Source: Eledone cirrhosa (Eukaryota). Taken from it: a stretch of DNA of 64,000 nt. Position 1 is the first letter of the stretch. Each line of letters starts with the position of its first letter. Both the position numbers and the translations under genes were made by a program. Under the pieces are notes generated by a model that saw nothing but the letters and a program-made list of their open reading frames with translations, was not told where the DNA came from and did no database searches. This document shows positions 42,518-57,353 of this stretch, piece after piece. Location: the NCBI GenBank assembly GCA_964016885.1, contig OZ024740.1:191332001-191396000 (forward strand), given 5' to 3'.

Positions 42518-44970
42518 CTAGGTTGAGTCTAATATTCTGTTGACAAAGGAATTAGCCCTTCGATGTTGACAGCTAATAGTTGCCTCCGTTCTATTGTTAA
42601 TCGGTATAGGTCGTGATAGAGTTATGTAATATGGTTCGATAAGACAGAGGTCACAAGATTTTCTTCGTACATTGAACGGTTGGGCCCTAGCCAAGATATC
42701 CCATGTTAGTGAGTGTTCAATGTGGGTTAATTTAAGGTTTTTAATGAGCCTAGCTAGAGATGTCGAACATCTGTTGTTAGGGTCTCGGAAGGAAAAATAC
42801 TGCGCGTTATAGCGTACCTTAAAAGGATTAGATGTAGAGCCGATATAGGAGCTGGTATGGGAAGCAGTTTTAACTGTGCACCTATAAACTATATTGGGTG
42901 TCAGGCAATGTCCATTTAGTGGGCATGCATTAGGGTAACGGCAGTTGCAGTTACTTCTGCGGTTAGTGAGGGTAGTGTTGTTTAAACTATGCGGTTGGTC
43001 CGTGTTAGAAGGATTAGATGGGGAGGTGTGCTACTAGAGTAAGTATTGGTGTAGTTACGTGGTGTATTTGATGGGGGATGGTGGTACCGCGGTGTGGGAG
43101 TTATACTGTTTTAGTTTATGCTGGTTCCAGAATGCGGTGTGGCTAGCTAGGTTAGGTGTTGTGGAGAATGATATTTTAATGTTTTTATTAAAGAGTTTGT
43201 AATATATATGGTGGGGTGGGGGAATGTTTAGATAGGATAGAGAAGAAGCGTTTAGGGATAATAGTGGCCAGATTAGATGAAGCCAGGTGATATTTCTAGG
43301 CCTATTCCTTCTAGGGGTTCTAGTGGAGTTGGTAGGGGCCTTCATATGGTTATTATTACCTGGGCATTTGTTATTTGTCATCCCATTGCTCATTCTTATT
43401 CTAGGGTTGATTTTTAGTTTGCTACTTGGAGTGGGAAGTAGGCCACTGTCACAATTAATATTCCCTGTATAGGTGCTGTTACTGCTAAAATTCCGGCGAA
43501 TCTGGCTATATGCTAAGGTATTTCTAGTTTTAGTGTTAAGTTTATTATGCTGAATTGCCGTGTTATGGTATTTAGGTATGTAGAAATGGACTGTTCATAA
43601 CCAGATTCAGAAAGAGCCTTATTATAATATGCCGCATGGTTTATAAATATCTCCTCATTTGCCGATAGCATGGTGATCCTATACGAGATAGATTTGATTA
43701 CTGCTCTGATGACTGCCGGTGGCTGGTTAGAGTGTGGGCTAATATATCTAAGTATTTCACCTGGTTTATGATAAGCGTAATATAGCTTATTATTAAGATC
43801 TAGGGTCACGTCCAGGAAGTTTACTACTTCATGGTTCGGCTCGATGGTGATAGAGAGACAGTTATTTTTAAAGAATCTATGTAATTGTTTTTTGAGCAAG
43901 TCAATGCCTCGATTAGTGCAATTGTGGACTGCAAATAAGGCGTCGTCCCTATATATTCCGCCTTGCAAGTGTTGGATTTCAGCTCTGATGTTATGTAATA
44001 GGTATTTCCAACTAAATCGGTGATTTGCGCAGAGTCGCTTGAGCCCATAGTGTTGTCAAAGTTGTCTGTTCTGTATTTTCTAGTCCAGAGTGCGCCTTTG
44101 TATTCAATGATGGTCTGCCTAGCCATGATGTCAATCTCATTATTGGTTATGTCAGAGTTGGTGCTGGCTAGGGTTATTGCTTTGTTGAGCTATGCGGAGT
44201 TATTGAAGCCTAGTAGCTGTCAATGTCAAATTGGAGGAACCTCATAGATTCCTTGGACCTTAGATCGGAGAACCATCTAATGACTTGGCCGGTGTTGGAC
44301 CACATATTGTAGGTGATATCATCTCGTAGCCCAGAGATGATCCTATCAAGGATGTTCTTACTCATAGGACCCAAGTCACATGTTGGGCGTATAATCTAAT
44401 AGATGCGTTCTCTATAAAGTTTGGCTTGTGATCCTTGAGAGAACCCCTTAAGGTTGTAGGTACATAAGGGTGGGTAAATTTATCCAGATGCAAGTCCTTA
44501 ATCAAAGCCAGAGCTTTTCGGTTAAGTAAGTTAACACTGGAGGGTATAGTTTTTTATAGTTTTTATTAAGTTCCTTAAGAAGGAATGAGTTGTAAGTTTC
44601 AGGAGTCATGGTGTATAGATTTCTATTGTGTCAGAGGTAGCTATCTTTAATTCTTTTTATAGTTGTTGCTAATTTTGTGAGGAAATTATTCTTGTGTCTT
44701 TTTGAATGTAATGCTCCTGATGAAGTTAAATAGATCTTTCTCAAAAGGGTCCAGCAGGATGTTGTGTGGAGGGTTCTTGCAGGTGGTAAATCCGTATCTG
44801 TTTGTCCTACTTCGGGCGTCAGCAGCACCCGCACGGTCGAAGTGGAAGGCCTTCTATCGTATTATTCGGATGAAAGAGTTGACACTCTGTATTAGGAGTT
44901 TGAGGTAGGTCTTCTTGTCCGGGATAGGAATGGACTTAAGTGATATCCTGAGTTCCTGCTGGCTCAACAT
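42518..44970 (-). pseudogene. Disrupted PLE RT/GIY-YIG ORF
   Basis: Starts MLSQQELRISLKSIP at 44970; multiple frameshifts and stops. Confidence 0.85.
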
Positions 44971-45604
44971 GGTGACTGCTAGTAGTAAGTAGCTCAACTC
45001 CGGGAGCGCAAGTATACACAGTTCAAGAGTAACCAATCTTAAATATAGAGATGGGTTGGAGAGGAGATAGGCGGGGAGAAGAGAGATTGGTGAATTAGTT
45101 AGAAGCCAAGCGTAAAGGCATGTGCTCAACTCTATAAAGACCTCTACCGATTAACAATAGAACGGAGGTAACTATTAGCTGTCAACATCAAAGGGCTAAT
45201 CCATTCGCCAACAGAATATTTGACCCAACATAGTCATCTAGGCCCATTTTTACTTATAGCTAATAAGTTAAATAGTGATAGCTAACTTAGATATTTGTAA
45301 GTTACCTCCCTTACATTGTCTCTCAATTAAAAGAATTACCACTTCTTATCTATAAACTACCCACAATTTCTAATTTGACGAGGAGTTACTTCCCCTGAAA
45401 CCACCCTCTAATTACTAAGGTAAATATGTCCATTGGCGGCCATCTTGTTACCCATAGGCAGATGTCACACAATGCAGCCTCGACAGAAGAGTACTGCTCA
45501 ACTATGGCAGACAATAGATATACCCAGGACACCATAGTGAAATACCAATATATGGAACATTACATTCATATAACATTCTTTATTTGAATTTATTTTCCTT
45601 GTGA

Positions 45605-45725
45605 TGTTTCGATGAGCTGCTCTAAGTGTACCTAAGTTAATTATTTTCAACTGGACCAAATCAATGATGATCTATAATCATTTGATCCAGAAACATTATA
45701 TGGAGTAGCGAAATAATTGTAAACG
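45605..45725 (+). ncRNA. Degenerate copy of the same hammerhead in the inverted pLTR
   Basis: tgtt-tcgatga-gctgctct ... ggagtagc-GAAA-taattg-UA-aacg. Confidence 0.45.
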
Positions 45726-46054
45726 GACATTATTATTATTAATATTATTATTATTATTATTATTCTCTACATTCCTTACATTAAACTAAAACTATGTTTA
45801 CAATCTTTTAATAATGTATTCCTTGTGGAATGGGTGGTCTTGTTTTGCTTAACTAATGAATATTTCCAGCTCTGTGCACCTAAGCCCTGCATGAACCTAG
45901 CCACCTAGCCCGCCTTCCACTGCATATTGCACATTGAGGACATGCCTTTACGCTTGGCTTCTAAGTAATTCACCAATCTCTGTTGTCCCCTTCTATCCCC
46001 ATCTCTCTCTTTAAGATTGGTTTCTCTTGAACTGTATATATATATATATATATA

Positions 46055-46395
46055 TTGAGGATGGCTCTGAACATTAATCAGTATACACTGAGGATGAAAA
46101 ACTCAGAGCTGTATGGGAGCATCCCAAGAGTCAGCTCAAAAGTGACACAGAGGAGACTGAGGTTGGCTGGACATGCTCACCGACATCCAGAGTTGACATT
46201 GCACTCAGTGCTCCTTTGGGAGCCCCTACATGGACACACTAGAAGAGGAAGACCAAGGTTAACATATGTTGATGCGCTAAGGACAGACACTGGTATGTTG
46301 GAGATGCAGGATATGGCAGCGATAATGAGGGACAGAGACCGCTGGAGAGAACTCGTTCATGGATCTCGGGAATTTTACCCGCCTTAGATAGATAT
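46055..46395 (+). mobile_element. 5'-truncated RTE-clade LINE 3' end
   Basis: LRMALNI...NSELYG...RRLRLAGHAHRH...LLWEP.HG..RRGRPRLTYVD...DRDRWR, followed by a tagatagata tail, between TA tracts. Confidence 0.85.
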
Positions 46396-47199
46396 ATATA
46401 TATAGTGTGAGAGAGAGAGAAAAGATGAATATAAAATGAAAGTGCTTTTATAAAAGAATTTATTAGGTATTGACATATGTTTCTGTAACAGACGGAATAT
46501 ATATGTATCGCTGCTTGCGTAATCATATAATGTTAGCAATATTCGATAGCAAATGTATAATCAGTTGTCACTTCTTCAAAGATATTGGATAAATTGGAAA
46601 ACATCAGAAAAATCAAAGTATTTATATTAGTTGTAAGAAAGGAAGTAAAGAGGGGATAGTATATGACAGATGGCAATTCAATTTGGTGGTAAACAAGTAT
46701 ATAGAAGGTTTTTAATGAGAATACAATGAGTATATGGCATATTTTCTCTAAATAAGAATTTCTATCACTATATTATTGATAACTTGAAATGTTATATAAT
46801 ATATAATTGTGTCCGAGATTCACCTTTTCATACTAAGGTGTATTTAGCGGTTCACTAAATAAAGATTCAGAAATTAGGTTGATGAATATAAACAAGAAAG
46901 AATCCTTAAATGTAATATCCGAATTGTTTACAATTGTCAACTAATAAAGTGATATAACTATCACGTAGTAAACTTAAAATCTAGGTTCATATGCTTTATA
47001 GGTACGAGAGACTAGTGAAAGGATAAACACATTTAATATATATCAATCTAACTGATTGACAGAATACAGTAAATGAAAGATGTCATTCAATGTGTGTATA
47101 TATAAGGAACCGGCAAAGGCTTCAAGAGCATCATATTTGTCCATCCCCTTGCCGTTTCAAATTAGGTGGCCTCGGGAACGTAACCTTATTATGTAAGAA

Positions 47200-47258
47200 G
47201 GAGTCTGATGAAAGCACGGCATTGGGTACGCAGAATCACGAAATATATATCACAGCCT
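47200..47258 (+). ncRNA. Degenerate minimal hammerhead
   Basis: ggagt-CUGAUGA ... c-GAAA-tatata-UC-acagcc, followed by aataaa. Stem II is poorly paired. Confidence 0.4.
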
Positions 47259-47343
47259 TATAAATAAAGGACTTTAACATCTGAAACTATATTCATTGAC
47301 TTGTTCTCTCTCTATACATATATCTACGTGTGTATGTGTGAGC

Positions 47344-47414
<71 letters not shown>

Positions 47415-47627
47415 TTGAAGTTTCCGTTGAAAATTAAAAAAGTCATAGGAGTGAAGAGTGCTCTATGTAAGTTACAGAGCTAAATTTATAATAAACAATA
47501 CAATATAATTACCTAATTACCAGAGGTTTCCAGAATAAGACGAATACAAGAAACTTCCTCATTCGTTCGTCAGACAAGGCAATTTAAAACATAGTGAAAT
47601 ATTTGAAAAATGTCCTCAAAAAAGCTT

Positions 47628-47835
47628 AACGTTTTTTGAAATATCCGCTTCTGCGTTTACAGATTGACTTTGTTAGTTTCAGGAGATCCCGTTAAGGGTG
47701 AAAGCAGTGATTATTTGCATAAACTTTAATCTGTAATTTTAATAAATATTTGCTCTACGGTTCTTATATATTTGATATATATTTATCCTTATCGAGCCCT
47801 CTTTTGATTTTAGTCTTCAAAATTATTATTAATAC
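47628..47835 (+). mobile_element. Solo fragment of the PLE-B pLTR, including a degenerate hammerhead at 47675-47725
   Basis: Matches 23672-23875. The core reads CAGGAGA and the cleavage triplet is mutated. Confidence 0.85.
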
Positions 47836-47909
47836 TATATATATATAAGTAGAAAACTGGAGCGTTATATTTGTAGTAATAGAGCTTTCAGTCCATGTGA
47901 TGAATTTGG

Positions 47910-48043
47910 TGGAAGTAGTTCGACAACGGTTACTTTCCCATGCCGAGAACAAGAGTTTCATCTCATTCGGATTCTCACACCGACCTGAAGAAGGGGGAAC
48001 ATTTGTTCTCGGTATGGCGAACTGACTGTTGTGAAACTTCTTC
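47910..48043. repeat. Short diverged fold-back with hammerhead-like remnants
   Basis: gaagtagttcgacaacggtta..catgccgagaacaa pairs with ttgttctcggtatg..tgactgttgtgaaacttcttc. Confidence 0.55.
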
Positions 48044-48051
48044 TATTCCTA

Positions 48052-48932
<881 letters not shown>

Positions 48933-51183
48933 TATATATATATATATAGAGAGAGATGCATATGTTTGTGTATGCATATGTGTATGCGTATGTATGTGTA
49001 CATGTGTATACAAGTGTGTGTGTGCGTGTGTGTGTGTAGCTTTCAGCTACCTCTAAATATTGTTTTTTATCACCACCTCTTATTAGTACTCCTTCACCTC
49101 TTTCTTGTTCTTTGTTTATTCTTTGTATATTATTTTCCCCTATCTATCTATCCTAATCTCTCTTATCATTTCAGTTTCTCCTTATGTGTCTTTTGTGTGC
49201 ATTGGTTCATCATGCATCGGGAATACTGTCAACATTGCAGGCGAAGCACATTCTGAGAAACAAATATCTAGACCGTTAAGGACCATATATAGTAGTACGT
49301 GTAAAATGTTTAATTAGACTCTTTATCGGATAAAGTTGTGAAGGGAAATATAAAAGAGAAGATATTTACACACAGAGACAAAGTGGGTACTTAAAGCGCT
49401 GTGGGACTGAAGACATCACAGCAATTCCTGTTATAATAAAATATGTTTTTATGATACGCATCATGGAATGCAATCCTCCTCGGTTGCTTTGAACATTACA
49501 TGTTGAACGTACGAAACCAGTTTAATCACAAACACAGCTGCTGTAAAAGGTAAACAATAATAAAACTAGTTTCTAAATAAGCCCAAATTCAGCAATAGGT
49601 GGTTAGGCTGGTTATGACATAAGGTGACTCATTGATACTGCATTTACTGCATGGCGTAAAGTTTTGGAAATACTGGTAATTTTTTTTTTTTTTTTTTTCA
49701 AAAATATTCTAATAAAAACTTGAAAATATTCTAAAGAAAGAAAAAATTATTTTCCATGATGGCCGATAGAAAAATGTGTCCGTGATGAAGAAGCCGTCTT
49801 GTGGCACGATGCAGCCAATCAGATGGCTGGGATCGAAGAAAACAAGCTGAACGCGGGAAAACAAAATATTTGAGTGTCCATTTGCAATTTCGACAGAACG
49901 TTGAAAGCAACATTCTATATCCAGAGAAATTCTTTTTTTGTTTATTCTTTTTTTCTTTTTCTGTCTTTATCAAACTATGCTCGCAATAATAATTTTCAAT
50001 CCAAAAGAGAAATTTTTTGTTAGACGTCGAAAAAAAACGCTTTCTTTTGTGTTGTATTTTTTTGTTCGTCTGTATGCGTCAGTCAGAAGAAAGTTATGAC
50101 AGAAATATCGTGTGCTTCAACAAATGGAATATTATGAATTATTTGAACTTACGCTAAGCGAGTCTAGCAACCCGATTCGAATATTCCCAATGTTAAGCCA
50201 CTCCATATTCCCGTTAAAACGAATGGCGAATTCAAATAGGCTGCGTTTTCATTCTTTATCGTCGAAGAGTCACCGATAAAGGAAAGTAATGGTTTCTCTT
50301 TGTTGATATAAGTCACCAATTTGGTTGAAGATGTAAATTCCAATTTAGCGGAGAAGTATATTTCAGAAGTTGTAATGTTGCCACGAGGAACCAGATTTGG
50401 TAGAGAGATATGATAGGAATATCAACAACGACTTTAGCTTGGTTTTACATTATTTATTAACAGAGGTTGAGCTGGCATGCCAAGAGAAATGAAATAATTC
50501 AATTAAGATTACAAGAGAAAATACGGTCGACTGGCCGAAGGCGTTTAGCCAGCTCCGTAGGAATGTTTTGTCGTTACATATTGTTTGCGCTGGCTGAGCA
50601 AAAGGACAAGCGGTATTTACTTTAGCATGGTCAAGCCTTGAAGTCATCTAGCCTGGAAGTGGTGGCGTCCTCAAATCTTTGCGGGCTATTTCTCCCCCAG
50701 AACGCGTAGGGATACATCCTCTTCTACTGGCGCTGATTGGCTAAGCTGAGCCAAATCACGCACAGAGAATGTATGTGAGCCCGCAGGAATGTAGGTCACT
50801 ACACTTGTTTTATTCCATTTATATTCCCATTTCAAGGGCAACTTCCCTTTAACATATTTAAACATTATGCTCCGTTTATAGATAACACTATCAATTCAGT
50901 GTATTCATAATGTTATGTCTGGAAATAGTGAGCAAATACCAGGGAGAGAGAAGCGTGAGATAGGAAGTGAAGGGTGAATGACGCAGGTAATAAAAATGAT
51001 GACATTCTACAACTAGCATTCTGATTGTTTTAATCAGTTTCGCTTATATTTCATACTATGAAACACTACTATTTAGGATACTAGGAATACACTTATAGAC
51101 ATATACGCTTGGGAAATGTGGAACATGATAAATTAACTTTGCTACTTCTGAGAATTCCGGGAATAAAGTAATGTAGTATCTGA

Positions 51184-51868
<685 letters not shown>

Positions 51869-52192
51869 ATGGACTCAAAAGACTTTATGTGAGAAAACGT
51901 ATCTGTTATTGTGTGTCTGTATGAACTGAATGAAATCAGAAGTAAAAAATGTACATTCAAACAATGACCAAATCAAATACGTAAATCATGACTCGAAGTA
52001 ATATGTGGAGAAAGAAATCATTCCTATTTACAAAGCGCTCTGTCATTGGATTTGTTCATCGATTTAAGTAAATCACATGTAGCACCCTACGATTGAATGC
52101 CATCAATTATTCATGACTTGGTATGGAGACACACACGCACTCACACACACGCGCGCGCGCGCACACACATACACGCACGCACACAGAGACAC

Positions 52193-52241
<49 letters not shown>

Positions 52242-52399
52242 TGTATATATAAACAAAATACTATTTTGACTTGACATGAAATTGTCCCATTTGAACAGCA
52301 AAAACGATAGAGATATTTGATGTTATAACATTCTAAGACTTCATCATCATCACGATGTTTGTATTTGACTGCAATGTGCGTTCCTTTAGTCAATATTTT

Positions 52400-52990
52400 A
52401 CACAGCTTTCCTTAAACCCTGAACCATAAGTCGACCATTAGGTCTCCGGACAAACGATCATCCACGAATCTTCGCGAGCCACATATGTCTCTCAATGACT
52501 CAAGTATAGATTACTCCTTTCAATGGAAAGCTATCACTCAGTCCAAGCCATAAGTAAGAGGTAATCCGTTTTGTGGGCTGTTGAAAAAATGATCAATATT
52601 CTAAGGAGATTACGTTATAACGATTGCCTAAATGGAAGCGGGAAATCATCTCACGTTGTCCACACGTCTGGAAACACCTCTTGCATAACTACAAAGCTCC
52701 GGATTAAATAATTGCAGCATTCTAATATTCTAATCGAACAATTTATTCCGGACTTTCGCACATATCTCTCTTACACACCTCGACCGTGGTTTTGTTTTTG
52801 TATCGCTTGGGTGAAGTGATCGTTTCAGCGCATGCGCATTCTTACGGTTGTTTCTCCTTTTCCTCTTTCGTATAACCATTACTAGTCGGAGCTGAGGATC
52901 CTCATAAGGTGAAACAATTCTTATCGTTATGGTGAACTAACTCATCCCATGAACTGCGTGCTCTACCACTACTTCCAATGTTCTACCTCT
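52400..52990 (+). mobile_element. 5'-truncated PLE remnant (GIY-YIG C-terminus + 3' UTR with hammerhead-like core)
   Basis: The + strand reads YSFQWKAITQSKP*VRGNPFCGL...EIISRCPHVWKHLL. At ~52892: CUGAGGA-t cct cata agg t-GAAAC, with decayed stems I and III. Confidence 0.6.
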
Positions 52991-53006
52991 TCCGGTGTTC
53001 TATCTT

Positions 53007-53045
<39 letters not shown>

Positions 53046-53720
53046 GTGTGTGTGAGAGTGTGTGTGTGTGTATGTGTGTGTGTATGTGTGTGTGTTTGGG
53101 CCAGGGAACATCCACATGATCCATAGTATCGTCTTACTGTTTTCCTTCGGTTCCAACGAGGGAATAATAGACAAACATGTATATATTGTTTCTTCAAAAT
53201 CACGACTGCAAATACGTTATTCACTCTCTTTCCGCCTTACTACCCCTCTGTGACCACTGTAACATGTGTTAATTTTTCCACCACTTCTCGAGATATTTTC
53301 ACTTGCTCCAAAAAAAACATCCTCTTTCTTACCACTGTACCAAGTGTTAATTTTCTCCCTCCGTCTCTAGAGATTGTCTTCCTTGCTACAAACGCGTCAG
53401 GGAAACATTTCTTTTTCCTGATAGGTATCTTTATAAGCCGTATAAACCTCACAAAGATGATGTATTTTTATAATGCAGAAACTTACCCATGGATACTCCA
53501 GCGAGTACACATTTCCTCAAAGTACAAGCGAAATTTTCGACAGTCAGGGCTAGAGGAATATTGGTAAGCAATTATCTATTATTTCTTCAAATTTACATTT
53601 AAAACTTATCAACGTCTAATTGGTCACTTATTTAGTGAATTTCTCCTGAGTAAGAAGAACATTTAGATGAATTTTATTTGCCTGTTCTTCAAAATTTTAA
53701 TTTTGTTTATATATATATAT

Positions 53721-53761
<41 letters not shown>

Positions 53762-53930
53762 ATACAATATGTAGAAAAGATAACACAACAGAGAGAGTGA
53801 TGGTGTCCCATTAGTCAAATAGAGAAAACCACCAGTGTATGGAATCTATAGCCCATGGAAAGCAAAGTAGATACACAATAGTTAAAAGTATAAGTGAATG
53901 TGCAAATACGTACCTTGATAACTATCTAAC

Positions 53931-54013
53931 ACACACGTACAAATCCAACAGGATCTGTTTCACCAACTAATTTGTTGACAGAAATGAGTAGCCTATAGTT
54001 CATCAGCGTGTGT
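53931..54013 (-). ncRNA. Canonical type-I hammerhead ribozyme in a TA-flanked solo pLTR-like element (~53761-54190)
   Basis: Stem I acacacg/cgtgtgt (7 bp), CUGAUGA, stem II acta/tggt, GAAA, stem III cagatcc-tgtt-ggatttg, GUA cleavage triplet. Confidence 0.85.
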
Positions 54014-54334
54014 AAGGCTATACATTTCAGACAACACTAAAATAATCTAAGCGACCGTCCAGCCACACGTGGTAGAGAGAAATTCACAGCGTGCCTAGGG
54101 CTGTAACCAGTGGACTCTGTGAGTGAGCTGCTAGAAAGGGCAGCACAACCTACTAAGTAGCGTCTAATGCACCGTTAATGTATCGTAACACATATATATA
54201 TATATATGAATCTATGCATACTGTATTAGGCAATATACCGTACGTTTAATTAAAAACATTTTGAAGACCTTACGCTATCAATTTTAAAGTAGTGATTATG
54301 TCACTTAATTCTTTTCGGCGAAAGAATGCAGAGA

Positions 54335-54375
54335 AGCTACCAATCTGTTTCATGCTGTTGGCAATCATCAGAGCT
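54335..54375 (-). ncRNA. Minimal hammerhead, cleavage triplet mutated
   Basis: agct-CUGAUGA-t tgc caaca gca t-GAAA-cagattg-GU-agct. Confidence 0.6.
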
Positions 54376-54603
54376 AGCTACGTACAGCCTTCTTCCGCCG
54401 AACATTATAGAAGTTGGATTCTTATAGAATATTGCCAAATATACTATACATACATTCATGTACACATCGCTATTTCAGAGCACCTATCCTAATGTTTAAT
54501 GTTTGCTGGACCGGCAATCACTCTGTATAATCAGCTCCTGATTTTTACTGGAATTCTATAAGAATCCAGCTTCTATAATTTTCAGCGGAAGTGGGCATCA
54601 CGT

Positions 54604-54649
54604 AGCTCTAATGATTGCCAACACAACAGCATGAAACAGACTGTTAGCT
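54604..54649 (+). ncRNA. Minimal hammerhead, G5A mutated
   Basis: agct-CUAAUGA-t tgc caacacaaca gca t-GAAA-cagactg-UU-agct. Confidence 0.6.
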
Positions 54650-54811
54650 TCTCTGTGTTCTTTCGTCGAAAAGAAGTGATTGACATCGACATTGCTTTAA
54701 AAATGATAGCGTAAGTCCTTCAAATTTGTTTTAATTAAACATACGGTATATTACCAAATATACTATGCATATATTCATGTATACATCGTTATTTCAGAGC
54801 ACCAACCCTAA

Positions 54812-54886
<75 letters not shown>

Positions 54887-56965
54887 AGTGTGTGTGTGTG
54901 TGTATGTGTATGTGTGTGCGTGTGTGTGTGCGTGTGTGTGTGTATGTGTGCGTGCGCGTGTGTGTGTGTGTGTGTGCGCGCCCGTATGTACACAGCATAC
55001 GGAGAAGAGAATGTCAACTGTAGGCTATCTACACATATTACGTACAATACACTGAACATAATTAAAGCAAAAGCAAAAAAAAACCAGATAGTCGCTGTAT
55101 ATGTTGTGCGTAACCGAAGAGCGTAGAACTGCATTTGGATATCTAGTGATAGCAGGCAAAAAAATAAGACGGCTGAAACAAAAATAATGTTATAATAGTA
55201 AGATGAATAACAGTAGAAACAATAAATCTGAGTAATTAAATAAATTGCATGAAATATTCACATTGTGGCAATTAATTCATGAAGCATCCAGATAATTAGT
55301 GCTTTTCACCGATATTTTATAAAGAAGACATTTCATTTTAAAATACGTTTTATTAAATTTATTTTGTTAATTAGCTATTAATCATTTTTTTGTAAATTAG
55401 TGATAAGTATATGTGTATTAATTACACGACATATATATTGTATTGTCTTTTGTGAATATCTAGCCAACTATCTCTTTCATATATATGTTTCTAATCTGAA
55501 ATTAATAAAACAGTAAAATAATTATTTCCATCAGCTAGAATGAAATTGATTTAATTTACTCTATAAATGAATGCTCCCAAAATGAAAGTAAATTTATGAT
55601 TCACTATACAAAATTTATATGATTTGAATTCTATATTTGAAGAGTGAAAAATCAGCTGCATGTCTGAGATTATATAAAGATTATAAAGTGATAAATCGGG
55701 ATTAAAATGTAGGATAAAATAGTGTTAATAAGAAAAAAACAAATACACCATTTCACAGTGTAAATAACGCACATTCACGTAAGTCTAATCACTATTTTCC
55801 AAGGAGACAAGCAAATGTAAATATCTTCTCAAGAGATGTTAGGAAATGCTTACACTAGTGATGATGTCATGGCACTATACTGAACATATTGCCCAGCTCA
55901 TGATCATTTTTAATTAATTGTAATTGATATAAATTCAGGGATGTCACCCTTGACGCTTTTGAGACGGGATAGTAATTTAGATAATCATCTATTTGTTCAC
56001 ACTCTGCTATACTTTTAATTAATTTAAAATCATTTGGTTCACGCCCACATTACATTTTAATTATTAGATTTAGCAATCATGGTTAGGGCTATTATATAGT
56101 ACTGACTAACTGCATAATTGATTAGCCATTGGAGAATACTACTTTGAAACAGCTTACTAACTGAAATATTATTGCAAAAAAATAGAACCAAAGTCATTTG
56201 TAATTTCAAACTTGAAAATCAATTACATAAATCAACCCAAATATACCTAGTTGATAAAATATACTTATTATTAGGAAGTCATGTTATCAAAGACCAAACT
56301 GAAATAACCATCATGGAATGGTTAATTCTGGAATGTCTATGATAACATGGCTTCCAGGGACTTTTAATTATAATAATGAGAGACGAGTGAATATTTAACA
56401 ACATCACTGCCAGATACCCTCTTTTGCTTGGTTCCTTTCCTTTCGATTATTTGAGAATCTCGAAGACTAATTTGAGGACATATGCATGAATTTGATGAAC
56501 GAAGTATAAATCATGAAATACAAAGCTGATTCAAGAAAACATTGGCAGGAACAATATTGCGAATCTGCCTGACGCATGTATTCAATGAACACACCATTCG
56601 TCAATAGGAGGTCTGAAATATTTACATGACCTAATGTTATGGTCTTTGCCTATGTTGGATAATGTGTCGGTTATGCTGGTCCTTGGAGCTCTTATATTTT
56701 CGTGGAAGTTGATTGGAGTTCCATATGTAATCATAAAACGAATTCACACCTGAGAAGTAAGAGGCCATTTGCTCGGGAACGTGGTTGTGGAGATTGTAAC
56801 TCACTCATACTGCGTCGGCTTGGCCGTATAGAACGGCAGAAAAAGTTGCCGGTTGGCATAACATTTGCAGTCTGTATCATCTTCAATCTGAAACGAATCT
56901 CTCCCACCTGCCTCACTCTCCCTTAACACACACATTTAAAACACACACACACACACACACACACA

Positions 56966-57019
<54 letters not shown>

Positions 57020-57020
<1 letters not shown>

Positions 57021-57243
57021 GTTATTCCGGGTTGAATCGGAGGTAACCACAGTAAGTAAGGTACTCAATACATAGCAGAGTATAAAAGTTTTAATATAGA
57101 TGAGATTCTACAGGACTAGAACTGTTTCATTCATTAGAAATCATCAGGAATCTGGGTATCAAAAAATAAAAATGGTATTTATAGGTCTCTACAAGTGGTT
57201 GGAGAGGGTGGGGAGTGGGATGGGTACAGGTCATTGGTTGATA
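57020..57243 (-). mobile_element. Solo pLTR fragment of the 57.8-63.6 kb PLE, TA-flanked
   Basis: Near-identical to 57843-58066. Confidence 0.85.
57103..57153 (-). ncRNA. Type-I hammerhead ribozyme
   Basis: agattc-CUGAUGA-t ttc taat gaa t-GAAA-cag ttctagtc ctg-UA-gaatct. Confidence 0.8.
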
Positions 57244-57353
57244 TATATATATAAAGGTCTACATATATATAAAGTCATAGATATATATGTGTTTTGCAAC
57301 GGGTCACGTTCTGGCTCAATGAAGAATTAATAAATTAAATAATCAGAGCTATA

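Larger units (their letters stand above)
41890..46022 (-). mobile_element. Full-length decayed Penelope-like element (YRDD type) with a ~720-bp inverted pseudo-LTR, TA-flanked
   Basis: ORF remnants ISLKSIPIP..YLKLLIQ, FDNTMGSSDSAQITDLVG, GIYRDDAL, NFLDVTL, CNCRYPNACPLNGHCL..VYRC..YIG and CDLCL. 41890-42605 is inverted at 45145-45865, and 45030-45130 is inverted at ~45930-46030. Confidence 0.92.
54204..54813. mobile_element. Fold-back mini-element with ~230-bp diverged arms carrying hammerheads
   Basis: 54204-54432 is inverted at ~54553-54780. The tail catcg.tatttcagagcacc is duplicated at ~54465 and ~54785. TA-flanked. Confidence 0.8.

Noticed and set aside
56500-56930. Possible host exon or transposase remnant
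   Set aside because: Short ORFs with no recognisable motifs and no convincing splice structure.
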